From Caldilineaceae bacterium (GTDB taxonomy: Bacteria; Chloroflexota; Anaerolineae; Caldilineales; Caldilineaceae): a stretch of 64,000 nucleotides of DNA. Shown in pieces: positions 32,633-43,033 of the stretch; position 1 is the first letter of the stretch, and each line of letters opens with the position of its first letter. The translations under genes were made by a program, and so were the position numbers. The notes beneath the pieces are model-generated. The model did no database searches. It was not told where the DNA came from and worked only from the letters and a program-made list of their open reading frames with translations. Location of the stretch: positions 2,780,880-2,844,879 of the forward strand of contig OZ242287.1 in the NCBI GenBank assembly GCA_965207495.1, read 5' to 3'.

Positions 32633-34405
32633 CTAGATCCCAACCGTAGCCACCTCACCATCCCCGGCAGCAATCGCGACCTCAGCGTCGTCCTCATCGG
32701 CCGCACACAACTTATTCAATGCCTGCAGATAAGCCTTCGTGCTCGCTACGATGATATCCGTGTCCACTCCTCGGCCACTGAACAACCGCCGCCGTGTGCG
32801 CCCCTGCGCAGTCCTGCTATGACCGCGGCTCTCTGGCGCCTCGATACGCACCGTCACGTCGCCGTTGGCGTCGATCCCCTCAGTCACCGCCTGCACCAGA
32901 AACTCGGTCAGCTCATTCGGTTGCTGTACGACTTTGTCTATGCAGGTGTAGACCGCGTCAACCGGACCTGAGCCAAAGCTCACCTCTGTGATCTCTTCGC
33001 CGCTCTCGTTATTGCGCAGCGTTGCCACCGCCGTAGGCATCATGTTGGTTCCACACTGCACCTGTACGCCCAACAGCTCCCAGATTTCGACCGGCTGATA
33101 TAGCTCATCGGCCACGAGCGCTTCGATATCGGCGTCGGTGACCGTTTTCTTCTTATCAGCCAGATCCTTGAAACGAACAAAGACCTCGTGCAGATTCTCC
33201 TTGTCGAAGTGATAACCCATATCCTGCAGACGCACACTAAGCGCATGCCGCCCCGAATGCTTACCCAGAACCAATCGGCTCTGGTGCAGCCCGATGGTAT
33301 CGGCATCCATGATCTCGTACGTGCGCTTGTTCTTCAGCATGCCGTCCTGGTGAATGCCGGCCTCATGCGCAAAGGCGTTTGTCCCGACGATCGCCTTATT
33401 GGGCTGGATGACCATACCGGTGTATCGGCTGACCATGTCGCTGCTGCGGTGGATCTCCTGGCTGCGTATGTTGGTGCGCAGGTCGAAAACAGACTGGCGT
33501 GTGTACAGCGCCATGACCGTCTCTTCCAAGCTCGTATTGCCGGCACGCTCGCCAATTCCGTTGATAGTGACCTCGACCTGACGGGCGCCGTTCTGCACAC
33601 CCGACAAAGTGTTGGCTGTCGCCAACCCCAGGTCGTTGTGGCAATGTACGCTGAAGATAACGTCCTTGCCCCCTTCGACATTCTCACGCAAGTACCTGAT
33701 CAGCTCGCCAAACTCCTCCGGCGTCGTATAGCCGACCGTATCCGGAATATTCAGCGTCGTCGCCCCGGCCTGGATCGCAACGCTACACACCTTGACCAGG
33801 AACTCCGGGTCGCTGCGTCCCGCGTCCTCCGGACTGAACTCCACGTTGTCGCAGAGACTGCGGGCATACTGCACCATGTCGCCTACAGTTTCGAGGATTT
33901 CGTCGGGCGACATGCGCAGCTTGTGCTGCATGTGAATATCGCTGGTGGCGAGAAAAGTATGGATGCGCGGACGCACTGCGCCCTGCACGGCTTCCCAGGC
34001 CTTGTCGATGTCGTTCTTGTTGGCCCTCGCCAGCCCCGCAATGATTGGCGGCCCCGTTACATTTCCGTCATCGTCCTTCCGAGGTGTACAACCCACCGTT
34101 TCCGCGATGCGCTTAACTGCCGCCAGGTCGCCGGGCGAGGCCGCCGGAAAACCAGCCTCCATAATATCGATCCCCAGGCGTCCCAGCTGGCGGGCGATCT
34201 CAAGCTTCTCCTGCTCGTTTAGCGTCGCGCCCGGCGACTGTTCTCCATCGCGCAGCGTAGTGTCGAAAACGAGAATGGTATTTCCATGGGCAACCTCTTT
34301 CGCCCACTCGTCGACGTCGGCCAAACGGAACTGTTCAACATCGATCGGCGAGACATCGTCTTCGGGTGTCTCATCCAGTTGTTGCGCATCAATTGTGTTG
34401 GTCAT
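32633..34405 (-). CDS. leuA: 2-isopropylmalate synthase
   Basis: 590 aa. [29 protein letters not shown], and a C-terminal LeuA allosteric domain. Has an N-terminal extension of about 45 aa. Confidence 0.9.
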   Translation of the reverse strand: MTNTIDAQQLDETPEDDVSPIDVEQFRLADVDEWAKEVAHGNTILVFDTTLRDGEQSPGATLNEQEKLEIARQLGRLGIDIMEAGFPAASPGDLAAVKRIAETVGCTPRKDDDGNVTGPPIIAGLARANKNDIDKAWEAVQGAVRPRIHTFLATSDIHMQHKLRMSPDEILETVGDMVQYARSLCDNVEFSPEDAGRSDPEFLVKVCSVAIQAGATTLNIPDTVGYTTPEEFGELIRYLRENVEGGKDVIFSVHCHNDLGLATANTLSGVQNGARQVEVTINGIGERAGNTSLEETVMALYTRQSVFDLRTNIRSQEIHRSSDMVSRYTGMVIQPNKAIVGTNAFAHEAGIHQDGMLKNKRTYEIMDADTIGLHQSRLVLGKHSGRHALSVRLQDMGYHFDKENLHEVFVRFKDLADKKKTVTDADIEALVADELYQPVEIWELLGVQVQCGTNMMPTAVATLRNNESGEEITEVSFGSGPVDAVYTCIDKVVQQPNELTEFLVQAVTEGIDANGDVTVRIEAPESRGHSRTAQGRTRRRLFSGRGVDTDIIVASTKAYLQALNKLCAADEDDAEVAIAAGDGEVATVGI

Positions 34406-34584
34406 GGCAAGATGCCTCCGGAGGTGATTCTGTTCAAGAGATGACAGTTTCGTTCCCCCTTGCTCAAAGCAGTGGGGAACATCGTGAACGCGGAGCAGGA
34501 CTCAGCGCACAACATAAGGTCACTAAGGCCGTCATCCATGTTCACCACCCCCTTTCCAAATAGTTCAGACCTGGCGCCGAAAGC

Positions 34585-35586
34585 CTAGATTTCCTTGGCG
34601 TCCAGGAAGGTCATCATCCTGCGCAACTCTTTGCCTACATTCTCCAACTGCTGATTCTGCTCGTTGCGGCGTCGCTCGTAGTAGACCTTGCCGCCGCCGT
34701 GGTACTCGTCCATCCACTCTTCGGCAAATGCGCCCGACTGGACGTCCGCCAGAATCTTTCTCATGGATTCCTTTGTTTCGTCGGTGATAATACTCTGGCC
34801 GCTCTTGTAATCGCCCCATTCGGCCGTATCACTGATGCTGTAACGCATGTAATTGAGCCCGCCTTCGTACATCAGATCGACGATCAACTTCAGTTCGTGC
34901 AGGCACTCGAAGTAGGCGATCTCGGGCTGGTAGCCAGCATCGACCAACACTTCGAAACCGGCCTTGATCAGTTCGCTGACCCCGCCGCAGAGGACCGTCT
35001 GCTCCCCGAACAAGTCGGTCTCCGTCTCCTCGGCAAAAGTCGTCTCCAGCACGCCTGCGCGTGCCGAACCAATCGCCTTGGCGTACGCCAGCGCGTTGGC
35101 CAGGGCATCTCCCGAGGCGTCCTGATGAATGGCGACCAGGGCAGGGACGCCTGACCCTTCGACAAATACCTCTCGCACTCGGTGGCCGGGCGCCTTGGGC
35201 GCTACCATCGACACGTCCACCTCATCAGGCGCAACAATGAAGCCATAGCGCACGTTGAAACCGTGCGCGAACATTAAGGTGTTGCCGGCCTCGAGGTTGG
35301 GCTGAATCTGCTCCTCATATACCTTGCCTTGGATCGGGTCGGGAATGACGACCATGATAATATCGGCCTCTCGGGCCGCGTCGGCAACGCTTACGACCCG
35401 CAAACCGTCGGCTTCGGCCTTGGCCTTGCTGCGGCTGCCTTCGTGCAACCCAATGCGAACGTCCTGGCCGCTGTCCTTCATGTTCAGTGCATGGGCATGG
35501 CCCTGGCTGCCGTAGCCGATCACGGCGATCTTCTTGCCTTCCAACCGCGCCGTGTCAGCGTCATTCTCGTAATAAATCGTTGCCAC
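34585..35586 (-). CDS. ilvC: ketol-acid reductoisomerase (class I)
   Basis: 333 aa. [11 protein letters not shown].., Rossmann [12 protein letters not shown], and conserved ..[11 protein letters not shown].. Confidence 0.95.
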   Translation of the reverse strand: MATIYYENDADTARLEGKKIAVIGYGSQGHAHALNMKDSGQDVRIGLHEGSRSKAKAEADGLRVVSVADAAREADIIMVVIPDPIQGKVYEEQIQPNLEAGNTLMFAHGFNVRYGFIVAPDEVDVSMVAPKAPGHRVREVFVEGSGVPALVAIHQDASGDALANALAYAKAIGSARAGVLETTFAEETETDLFGEQTVLCGGVSELIKAGFEVLVDAGYQPEIAYFECLHELKLIVDLMYEGGLNYMRYSISDTAEWGDYKSGQSIITDETKESMRKILADVQSGAFAEEWMDEYHGGGKVYYERRRNEQNQQLENVGKELRRMMTFLDAKEI

Positions 35587-35736
35587 TTTCCCCTCCGAGG
35601 ATCTGATTTCCTGGTCTTTGAATATTTCTCAACGGTTCACTGTCGCCGCGTCGGAAGTTGGGCGGCCCAATCGAGTCATGGTCACCTCGTCCGCACAAGC
35701 AACAGCCATTTACGCTTCAAACAAGCGTTTTGTCTA

Positions 35737-36294
35737 CTACTTTTCGGCGTGAGAGCTGCCGTTAAGGCTTGCCGCGGCCTTGAATATCGACGTCGCCGGC
35801 TTATTCCGCTTGGGCCGTTCATCCCCGCGACACAATGCAACCCGGCCCGTCCGCACCATCTCCTCAATGCCGAAGGGCCGCAGCAGCTCGATCAACGAAT
35901 CGACCTTGTCTTCCGTGCCAACCGCCTGCACGACCAGATTCTCAGCGTTGACATCCACGATCTGAGCCCGGTAAATCTCGGCGCACTGCATGATCTCCCC
36001 GCGAGTCGCCGGCGTCGTCCGCACCCGGATCAGCGCCAGCTCTCGCAAGATGGCCAGCCGGTTTGTGATGTCCTCCACCGCGGTGACGTCTACGACTTTG
36101 CGCAGCTGTTTGACAACCTGGTCGGCCACGCGCTCATCGCCGTCCACCACAAATGTCATGCGGCTGATTCCAGGCGTTTCGCTATGGCTGACCTGGAGGC
36201 TGTCGATGTTGAAGTTGCGCCTGCGCAGCATTCCGGACACCCGATTCAGCACACCGGGCTTATCGCGCATCCAGGCGACAAGTGTATATTGCAT
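35737..36294 (-). CDS. ilvN: acetolactate synthase small (regulatory) subunit
   Basis: ORF 35737..36303 (GTG). ATG at 36294 preferred (AGGTGA 6 nt upstream). ACT-domain start ..[28 protein letters not shown]. Confidence 0.9.
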   Translation of the reverse strand: MQYTLVAWMRDKPGVLNRVSGMLRRRNFNIDSLQVSHSETPGISRMTFVVDGDERVADQVVKQLRKVVDVTAVEDITNRLAILRELALIRVRTTPATRGEIMQCAEIYRAQIVDVNAENLVVQAVGTEDKVDSLIELLRPFGIEEMVRTGRVALCRGDERPKRNKPATSIFKAAASLNGSSHAEK

Positions 36295-36384
36295 TGGTCT
36301 CACCTCTGGCGATTCTCTTTCTCAGTTTTCAGAGGCGCCAGCCAACCGGCTGCCTCTATGCCGCCGTCGTTCTTACCCAAAAAA

Positions 36385-38175
36385 TTACCAGCTCGGCTGC
36401 ACGCCGCTATAGCCCTGAACATGACCTGGCTTCGGCCGCCGAATCAGTTCATCCACGGCCGCGCCCGGCGCAACCATCGGATAGACATTTACTTCCTCTT
36501 TTACCTGGAAATCGACCAGGTACGGCCCATCGGTCGCATGCGCCTGCTCCAAAACCGAAACAACCTCGCTCGGATGGCGGACCACGGCACCGGGAATATC
36601 GTATGCCTCCGCTAGCTTGACGTAGTCCGGCGAAAGAATCGGTGTGCCGACATAACGCTTATCGTAGAAAATCTGCTGCCACTGCCGGACCATGCCAAGG
36701 AATCCGTTATTGATAATCGCGATCTTTACCGGCATTTTCTCTTGCTGGATGGTGGCCAGCTCCTGCAACGTCATCTGGAACCCGCCGTCGCCCGCCACGC
36801 ACCAGACCAGCGCCTCCGGATCTGACATCTGCGCGCCCAGGGCCGCCGGCAAAGCATATCCCATTGTGCCGAGGCCGCCGCTCGTCAACAGCATCCCGGC
36901 CTGTTCGTGTATATAGTACTGGCTTTCCCACATCTGATGCTGGCCGACGTCAGTGACAACAATGACGCGCTTTTCAGTCCTCTCTGTGGCATGCCAGAGT
37001 TGACGTATGACATAGGGCGGAATCAGCTCTTCGACCTCATATTGAATGATGTCAGCCTCGTCCGTCTCCGAACGCCATTCGCTCAGGGTATCTACCCATT
37101 CCTGGTGACGCCTGTCCTTGACCTGAGGAAGAAAGGCCGGAAGCGTTTCCGCCAGATCGCCCACAACGGCCACGTCGGGAACGATATTCTTACCGACCTC
37201 AGCCCGGTCAAGTTCGAAATGGATGATCTTGGCATCGGCCGCGAATCGATCGAGTCGCCCCGTAATTCTGTCGTCAAAGCGCATGCCCATTGCGATCAGC
37301 ACATCGCAGGACTGTACAGCCCGATTCGCGAATGCCTCACCGTGCATGCCGCCCATTCCCAGGCTGAGCGGATGTGTCTCAGGAATGTTGCCCGTGCCCA
37401 GCAGAGTCGTTACCACCGGAATACCCGCCTTCTCGACCAGCTGCAGCAGCTCGTCGCTGGTATTCGAAAGGTGGACGCCATGACCGGCCAGAATCAATGG
37501 CCGCTCTGATTCGTTAAGCAGGTCGGCCGCCTCCTGCACCGCTTCCGGACTGTATTCCGGCCACGGCTCGAAGCCGGGAAGATTGATCTCAAAGTCATAG
37601 CGAAAAGTGCCGGTCTCAATCTGAACGTCTTTGCAGACATCGACGAGAACAACACCCGGCCGACCTTCGCGGGCGATATAGAACGCCTCTTTCATGACCA
37701 GCGGCAATTCGGCTATATCGGTCACAAGATAGTTGTGTTTGCAGACCGGCTGCGTCACGCCCACGACGTCCGACTCCTGAAACGCGTCGGTACCCAGCAG
37801 GCTGGTCGGCACCTGGCCCGTGATTGCGACAACCGGAACGCTGTCCATCTGGGCCGTCGCCAGTCCGGTGACCAAATTCGTCGCACCCGGTCCGCTGGTG
37901 ACGATGCAGACGCCTACGTCGCCCGTAGCGCGCGCGAAACCGTCGGCCATATGTGCTGCACACTGCTCATGGCGGACCAGCACGTGATGGATTCGGCCGT
38001 CTGCCTCGTACTCCGCCAAGGCGTCATAAGCGGGCAAGATCGCACCGCCGGGGTGGCCAAACACAGTCCTGACTCCCTCACGCAGCAGGGATTCCCAAAT
38101 CATCTGCGATCCGGTAAATTCCTGGGGCCCCAGATCGTATCCGCTATCTGCCGGTTCTCTTTTGGCTAGCGCCAT
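36385..38175 (-). CDS. ilvB: acetolactate synthase large (catalytic) subunit
   Basis: 596 aa. ThDP enzyme motifs [14 protein letters not shown] and [16 protein letters not shown]...GDGGFQM..NN. Confidence 0.95.
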   Translation of the reverse strand: MALAKREPADSGYDLGPQEFTGSQMIWESLLREGVRTVFGHPGGAILPAYDALAEYEADGRIHHVLVRHEQCAAHMADGFARATGDVGVCIVTSGPGATNLVTGLATAQMDSVPVVAITGQVPTSLLGTDAFQESDVVGVTQPVCKHNYLVTDIAELPLVMKEAFYIAREGRPGVVLVDVCKDVQIETGTFRYDFEINLPGFEPWPEYSPEAVQEAADLLNESERPLILAGHGVHLSNTSDELLQLVEKAGIPVVTTLLGTGNIPETHPLSLGMGGMHGEAFANRAVQSCDVLIAMGMRFDDRITGRLDRFAADAKIIHFELDRAEVGKNIVPDVAVVGDLAETLPAFLPQVKDRRHQEWVDTLSEWRSETDEADIIQYEVEELIPPYVIRQLWHATERTEKRVIVVTDVGQHQMWESQYYIHEQAGMLLTSGGLGTMGYALPAALGAQMSDPEALVWCVAGDGGFQMTLQELATIQQEKMPVKIAIINNGFLGMVRQWQQIFYDKRYVGTPILSPDYVKLAEAYDIPGAVVRHPSEVVSVLEQAHATDGPYLVDFQVKEEVNVYPMVAPGAAVDELIRRPKPGHVQGYSGVQPSW

Positions 38176-38312
38176 CCGTGTCCTCCTGCAAGCTGGCTCA
38201 ATTACTGGCCGGATCCAATTTCAGACCCAGTGAACAGGTAGCATTCTGTCCAGCTACCACTATCTAAGATGCTCTACACGTCGCCGAAGTTCCCCGATCG
38301 ACTTCCCCACCT

Positions 38313-38342
38313 AAAGAAAAACCCTTCCCGGCTGGGGAAGGG
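38313..38342 (-). terminator. intrinsic terminator in the ilvB leader (candidate attenuator)
   Basis: Minus strand: CCCTTCCC-CAGCC-GGGAAGGG (8-bp stem) followed by TTTTTCTTT. Located about 60 nt after the leader ORF stop and about 138 nt before the ilvB ATG. Confidence 0.7.
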
Positions 38343-38401
38343 TCTGCACTGACCTGAGCAAGAAGTCCGTTACTCTGGACTTCCTTGCCTTCGCCAACCA
38401 A

Positions 38402-38494
38402 TCAAGGCCTGGAGCCGCTTACAAGAAGGGCTACAAGGCCGAGAAGAAGGACCTTAAGGCTAATTAGCAGGTTCAATACAGTTAAACTTCTCAT
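38402..38494 (-). CDS. candidate branched-chain amino acid leader peptide (30 aa)
   Basis: Manual translation, minus strand, ATG 38494..38492 to TGA 38404..38402: MRSLTVLNLLISLKVLLLGLVALLVSGSRP. That is 11 Leu + 4 Val + 1 Ile out of 30, mostly CTT/GTA codons. No clear SD. Too short for the ORF track. Confidence 0.5.
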   Translation of the reverse strand: MRSLTVLNLLISLKVLLLGLVALLVSGSRP

Positions 38495-38545
38495 TTTCAG
38501 CGAGTTGGAACAGTGAATACAGTCGTCGCTCAATATCTCGTCCCT

Positions 38546-38573
38546 ATTATATTCACAATTGTAAGATGTGCAA
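38546..38573 (-). promoter_or_regulatory. sigma70-like promoter for the ilv-leu leader
   Basis: Minus strand TTGCAC (38573..38568) - 16 nt - TATAAT (38551..38546), in a locally AT-rich stretch about 50 nt upstream of the leader ATG. Confidence 0.5.
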
Positions 38574-38802
38574 CTTCCAAATCACGAAAATGCACAGTCA
38601 CCCGAATTGGACCCAAACGTATGCAGGTTGCATGGGCCGCCTGACGGGACGACGACTTCTGTAATCCAGAAATCAAGCTAAGAGTAGGCCGTATTTCGTG
38701 TTGCCTGAGACGCGATTCCTGCTGTGACATAACAGAATGGTCCTACAATGCGTCCAAGGACGAGCCTCGCATTCCCAAATTCCGCCCAGCAAGTGGCGAA
38801 AA

Positions 38803-38832
38803 AAGACACGATTCGCGCGTATGTGCTATAAT
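38803..38832 (+). promoter_or_regulatory. possible extended -10 promoter for the 38881 gene
   Basis: TGCTATAAT (38824-38832), with a weak -35 AAGACA 18 nt upstream. Divergent from the ilv promoter. Confidence 0.35.
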
Positions 38833-38880
38833 GCAGTGCATAACAGTGTGGGCATATAACGAGTGCGGAGAACGATTGGA

Positions 38881-39720
38881 ATGGCAGACCGAATTCTCAT
38901 GCTGGAGCGACTATCAGCTGTCTTCGACGAAGGGCAGGCAGAGGTTCTGGCAGAAGTCATCTACAATTCCTACAACAATCTCGTGCGCCGCGAGGATTTC
39001 AGTGAGCTCAAGGAAATCGTCCGCGATCTAGGAGCTACGCAACAGCGTACTGAGCAGCGCGTTGAGGATTTAGCAGAGGCACAACAGCGTACTGAGCAGC
39101 GCGTTGAGGATTTAGCAGAGGCACAACAACGTACTGAGCAGCGCGTTGAGGACTTGGCCGAGGCGCAACAGCGTACTGAACAGCGCGTTGAGGAACTGGC
39201 CGAGGCGCAACAGCGTACTGAGCAGCGTGTTGGGGATCTGTCAGTGGCGCAGCAGCGGACTGAAACCGCCGTCCAAAGTCTGGCCCGCGAGGTAGGCGGA
39301 CTGAGCAATCGGATCGGCGGCGATCTGGAAGACGTGGCCGCCATCGTAATTGAGGATACGCTGGAGCGAGAATTGGGATGGGAGGTCGAAGAGCTGAGCC
39401 GTGTTTGGCACACGAGGGACGGTGTTGACGAGGAAATCGACGCCTTCGGAAAAGCGCATGACCCATCCCGACCTCAAATCCCTCTTTGGATTGTGGGTGA
39501 AGTGAAGTTCAATCTGACGATGCGAGACGTCGACCGTTTTTCCAAGCTGGTGGAGAGGGCAACCACACACCTGGAAGGCGAAGTCGTTCCGGTCTGCTTC
39601 TGCTACAGGATCCGGCCCGCAGTACAGCAAAATCTGCTTGAAAAGGGTTACCGCCTGGTTCTTTCAAATGGGCGCATGCCACAAGCGGTGAATGAAAATC
39701 ATGCTAACCTTTCGTCATAA
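38881..39720 (+). CDS. coiled-coil repeat protein with C-terminal PD-(D/E)XK nuclease-like motif (DUF3782-like family)
   Basis: ORF 38863..39720. ATG at 38881 preferred. About 5.5 copies of the 14-aa unit [15 protein letters not shown]-terminal ..EEID(193)AFG...WIVGE(213)VK(215)FNL fits a D..ExK restriction-endonuclease-like core (numbering from 38863). Family recalled from memory (often mis-annotated as chordopoxvirus fusion protein). Confidence 0.55.
   Translation: MADRILMLERLSAVFDEGQAEVLAEVIYNSYNNLVRREDFSELKEIVRDLGATQQRTEQRVEDLAEAQQRTEQRVEDLAEAQQRTEQRVEDLAEAQQRTEQRVEELAEAQQRTEQRVGDLSVAQQRTETAVQSLAREVGGLSNRIGGDLEDVAAIVIEDTLERELGWEVEELSRVWHTRDGVDEEIDAFGKAHDPSRPQIPLWIVGEVKFNLTMRDVDRFSKLVERATTHLEGEVVPVCFCYRIRPAVQQNLLEKGYRLVLSNGRMPQAVNENHANLSS
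39037..39267 (+). repeat. 42-bp in-frame tandem repeat (about 5.5 copies)
   Basis: ACGCAACAGCGTACTGAGCAGCGCGTTGAGGATTTAGCAGAG and near-identical successors. Encodes the (A/T)[13 protein letters not shown] heptad-like units. Confidence 0.9.
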
Positions 39721-41056
39721 GCACGGGATCACCCATCTCCTCTTGCCAGCGAGCCAACTCCCCTTCTAGCCTTACCTGCTCAGCTGCAACCCCACTATCT
39801 CCTGAGAGATCATTCAACTCCCACGGATCGGTCGCCAAATGGAAAAGCTGGGTTCGACCACTGCCCTGATCTCCGTCCTGACTGTAAGTGATCAGTTTCC
39901 ATTCCTTGTCCTGAGTCATCCTCTGCACATGCTTGTAAACCGAATGTAGGTACGGTCTGGTCTCGGCGGCATTTCCCTCCATCAGCGGCAGTAGAGATTG
40001 CGCATCTGCACTCGCAGGAATCTCCAACCCCGCGAGTTCACACAAAGTCGGGTACACATCATAGGTCTGGGTAAGCGAGTCTACCAGCATACCGCTAGGC
40101 ATACCGGGTCCCCGCAAAATCAACGGCACGCGCACACTGTGATCGTACAAGTTCTGTTTTCCTAGCAGTCCGTGTTGACCCACAGAAAGCCCATGATCCG
40201 CGGTATAAACGACGATCGTGTCCTCCGCCAACCCCATTCGCGACAGCGCAGCCAGTATCTCCCCAATCTTCTCGTCCATATCCGAGATCATGCCGTAGTA
40301 CTCTGCAATGTGCCGCCGCGTCTCCTCAGGCGTACGCGGAAACGCAGCAAGCTTTTCGTCCCGCACCAGCATCTCACCATTGTCAAAAGGATGTCTCCCA
40401 GCGAAGTTGGCTGGAAGGTGCATCGACTCGGGCCTGTAGGTCCCGGCCCAGTCGGGAGGCGGCGTGCGCGGGTCATGTGGCGCGGTGAACGCGCAGTAGA
40501 GAAAGAATGGTTGGCTGCCATCCTGTCTCTCCAGGAAGCGTATGGCCGCATTACCGAACAGATCTGTAGAATACTCTTCCCCGATCGTCTGACGGCTCTT
40601 GTCGTACATGCCACTCGGATCGTAGTCCTGGACGGGTACCGCGAAATGACTGTCCATCCCACCAAAAAAGACGTTCTCGACCTCGCCGAAGGAACGCGCG
40701 AAGCTGGCTTCGTCGTTGTGCCACTTTCCCGTCGCGAAGGTAGCATACCCGCTCCTTCGAAACAGCTCAGCCAGAAACGTGTGTCCAGGATCCAGCGTTC
40801 TCAATGAACTGCTGTCATCCATGTTGTTTCCAACAGACGCGCGGAAGACATGCGCGCCCGTGTGTATGCAAGCACGGGTCGGTACACAGACGGCTCCGCT
40901 CAATCCCCCCATGTGGCAGTTCCGAAGGAAGGATGTTCCGTCAGCACAAAGCCGGTCCAGCGTTGGCGTCCGCACCGTGGGATCGCCGTAAGCCCCGATT
41001 GCCGAAGCGCGGTGGTCGTCTGCGATAAGGAAGAGTACGTTGGGCTGCTTTGACAT
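39704..41056 (-). CDS. sulfatase (formylglycine-dependent arylsulfatase family)
   Basis: ORF 39704..41077. ATG at 41056 preferred ([15 protein letters not shown]). Cys-type FGly motif [11 protein letters not shown]. Its 3' end overlaps the convergent 38881..39720 gene by 17 nt. Confidence 0.85.
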   Translation of the reverse strand: MSKQPNVLFLIADDHRASAIGAYGDPTVRTPTLDRLCADGTSFLRNCHMGGLSGAVCVPTRACIHTGAHVFRASVGNNMDDSSSLRTLDPGHTFLAELFRRSGYATFATGKWHNDEASFARSFGEVENVFFGGMDSHFAVPVQDYDPSGMYDKSRQTIGEEYSTDLFGNAAIRFLERQDGSQPFFLYCAFTAPHDPRTPPPDWAGTYRPESMHLPANFAGRHPFDNGEMLVRDEKLAAFPRTPEETRRHIAEYYGMISDMDEKIGEILAALSRMGLAEDTIVVYTADHGLSVGQHGLLGKQNLYDHSVRVPLILRGPGMPSGMLVDSLTQTYDVYPTLCELAGLEIPASADAQSLLPLMEGNAAETRPYLHSVYKHVQRMTQDKEWKLITYSQDGDQGSGRTQLFHLATDPWELNDLSGDSGVAAEQVRLEGELARWQEEMGDPVLMTKG

Positions 41057-41168
41057 TCGCGGGGTGCCCCTTATCAAATGGGAGAGTTCGCAATCTGTGG
41101 GGTTATCCTGGGCCTGGCGGACGTCCCGTGACTTACGGAGTTGAATCTACATCTGGCTGCATCTGTCA

Positions 41169-42986
41169 CTACACTTCCATAAACTGCCTCTTGTAGAGGG
41201 TAGCGTACACACCCCCCTCTTCCAGCAGCTCATCGTGCGTTCCCTGACTGACGATCTTACCGTCCTGCATCGCGCAGATGAGGTCGGCCTTGCGAATTGT
41301 ACTCAGACGGTGGGCGATCACGATTGCAGTACGTCTGCTCAAAAGCCGGTCAAGCGCTTCCTGAATCAAAGCCTCGGTCGCTGTATCGACGCTGGCAGTC
41401 GCTTCATCCAGAATGAGAATCTTGGGATCAGCCAGTACCGCCCTGGCAATGCAGATCAATTGGCGCTGGCCCATCGACAAATTGGCCCCCCCTTCCAGAA
41501 TCTCAGTCTCGTACCCGTTAGGAAGGTCCATGATGAACTCATGCGCATTGGCCTGCCTCGCAGCCTCCTTCACCGACTCGCCTTCTATGTCCGGCAGCCC
41601 GAAGCGGATGTTGTCGAGCACCGTACCCGCGAACAAAAATGGTTCCTGCGAAACGATTCCCGTCTGTCGTCGCAGCGACTGCTGCATCACGGTACGAACA
41701 TCGATGTCGTCAATCAGGACTTTCCCACTGCTCACATCGTAGAAGCGCGCCACCAGATTGGCTATCGTCGACTTGCCAGCGCCTGTTGGGCCGACCAGAG
41801 CGACAGTCTGCCCCGCCTCGATAACAAGGTCAACGTCGTGCAAGACCGGAACGTCGCTTCCGTAGGAAAAGTCCACGCGACGCAGCTCAATGCGGCCTTC
41901 AATTGTCGGCATCTCCTTGCCGTTCGCTGGGTCAGCCACCTCAGGTCGAGCGTCCAGCAGTTCCAGAACGCGTTCGCCCCCGGCCATTGCCGACTGCATC
42001 GTCGTGTAAAGCTGGCTCAGCTCCTGAATAGGCTGGAAGAAACGAGTAACATAGGCCAGAAATGCCACCAGGACGCCGATTTCCAGCCCGCCCTGCGCCG
42101 CGGCCCGGCCGCCAAACCACAATACAATCGCTGTCGCCAGCACCGCCAGAAACTCCACCGTAGGCAGAAAGATGAATGAAAGCGACATCGCAGCGACGTA
42201 GGCCTTGCGATTCTCCTGGTTAGCGTCATCAAAGCGATTACGCATCGCCTCTTCCTGCGCAAATGCCTGGATCACTCTCATCCCGGCCAGGTGCTCGGCC
42301 AGCGTGCCCACGATGCCGGCTATGCTCTGGCGGGTCTGCCGGAAGGCAACTTTCGCCTTTCTCGAAAAGAAGAAAGTTGCCAGCAGCATCAGCGGAATAG
42401 TACTAAACGTCAGGAGGGCGAGCGAGGGACTAAGAACTAGCATCACCGTGATAATCCCGATCAGGACCAAGACGTCGCCGACAAGCGTGATCAAACCCTG
42501 CGACAGCAACTCGTTGATTACAGCGACATCACTAATCACCCGCGAAATTGTGACGCCTACAATATGACGGCTGTGATACCCCAGTGAAAGCGCCTGCAGG
42601 TGGCGCATCAGCTGGTTTCGCAATGTGGCCAGCACTCGCTGTCCCACCCAGGACAGAAGATAGCGCTGGCCTGATGCTGCTCCGAACAACATCAGAAAAA
42701 TGACCGCCATAGCCACTGAGATCTGCGAAAGTCCGCGCAAGTCTTGGGTGGCGATGTACCGGTCGATGGCAACCTTGAGAAGAAGTGGAATGCCAAGCGT
42801 TGAACCGGTGACGACAAGCATGAGCGCAAATGCGGCAAGCATCTTGGCCCAATGGGGCCGCAAATAGGTCAGTAGCCTGCCTACTACCTGCCCGTCAAAT
42901 GCCTTGCCCTCGGCCTCTTTTGCCATGCTGCGCAACAGGCTCTGTGGGCCGCCGCTTCGTCCGGATGATCCGATTGAAATAGACAT
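41169..42986 (-). CDS. ABC transporter permease/ATPase fusion (exporter type, MdlB/MsbA-like)
   Basis: 605 aa. N-terminal 6-TM domain, Walker A GPTGAGKST, signature LSMGQRQL, Walker B ILILDEATS. Confidence 0.88.
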   Translation of the reverse strand: MSISIGSSGRSGGPQSLLRSMAKEAEGKAFDGQVVGRLLTYLRPHWAKMLAAFALMLVVTGSTLGIPLLLKVAIDRYIATQDLRGLSQISVAMAVIFLMLFGAASGQRYLLSWVGQRVLATLRNQLMRHLQALSLGYHSRHIVGVTISRVISDVAVINELLSQGLITLVGDVLVLIGIITVMLVLSPSLALLTFSTIPLMLLATFFFSRKAKVAFRQTRQSIAGIVGTLAEHLAGMRVIQAFAQEEAMRNRFDDANQENRKAYVAAMSLSFIFLPTVEFLAVLATAIVLWFGGRAAAQGGLEIGVLVAFLAYVTRFFQPIQELSQLYTTMQSAMAGGERVLELLDARPEVADPANGKEMPTIEGRIELRRVDFSYGSDVPVLHDVDLVIEAGQTVALVGPTGAGKSTIANLVARFYDVSSGKVLIDDIDVRTVMQQSLRRQTGIVSQEPFLFAGTVLDNIRFGLPDIEGESVKEAARQANAHEFIMDLPNGYETEILEGGANLSMGQRQLICIARAVLADPKILILDEATASVDTATEALIQEALDRLLSRRTAIVIAHRLSTIRKADLICAMQDGKIVSQGTHDELLEEGGVYATLYKRQFMEV

Positions 42987-43033
42987 GAGTTGTTTCCTGA
43001 CAGCCGACTCCGGGCTGGCATCTGCGCCGCCTT

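Noticed and set aside
34406-34584. T-box-like string GGGGGTGGTGAAC and hairpin GTTCCCC-14nt-GGGGAAC between ilvC and leuA
   Set aside because: The GGGTGGT match sits only about 35 nt after the ilvC stop, so there is no room for Stem I or a specifier loop. The hairpin lacks a U-tract. Probably just an intercistronic structure.
35329-36615. 428-aa plus-strand ORF; similar long antisense ORFs at 20879..21928, 25849..26757, 33188..34222, 50573..51643 and 51619..52680
   Set aside because: All lie fully opposite strongly recognisable genes (ilvC/ilvN/ilvB, gltD, gltB, leuA, hacA, hcs). Their translations are Arg/Pro/Ala/Gly-rich with no motifs, the standard signature of shadow ORFs in GC-rich DNA.
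38312-38468. Plus-strand coding reading of the ilvB leader region (..AYKKGYKAEKKDLKAN*)
   Set aside because: The open frame between the upstream TAA and the TAG contains no ATG, GTG or TTG. The opposite strand gives a start-to-stop Leu/Val-rich mini-ORF in the expected attenuator position.
39704-39720. 17-nt convergent overlap of the coiled-coil gene and the sulfatase gene as a regulatory feature
   Set aside because: Short 3' overlaps of convergent genes are common and need no special explanation. No terminator structure is visible to suggest antisense control.
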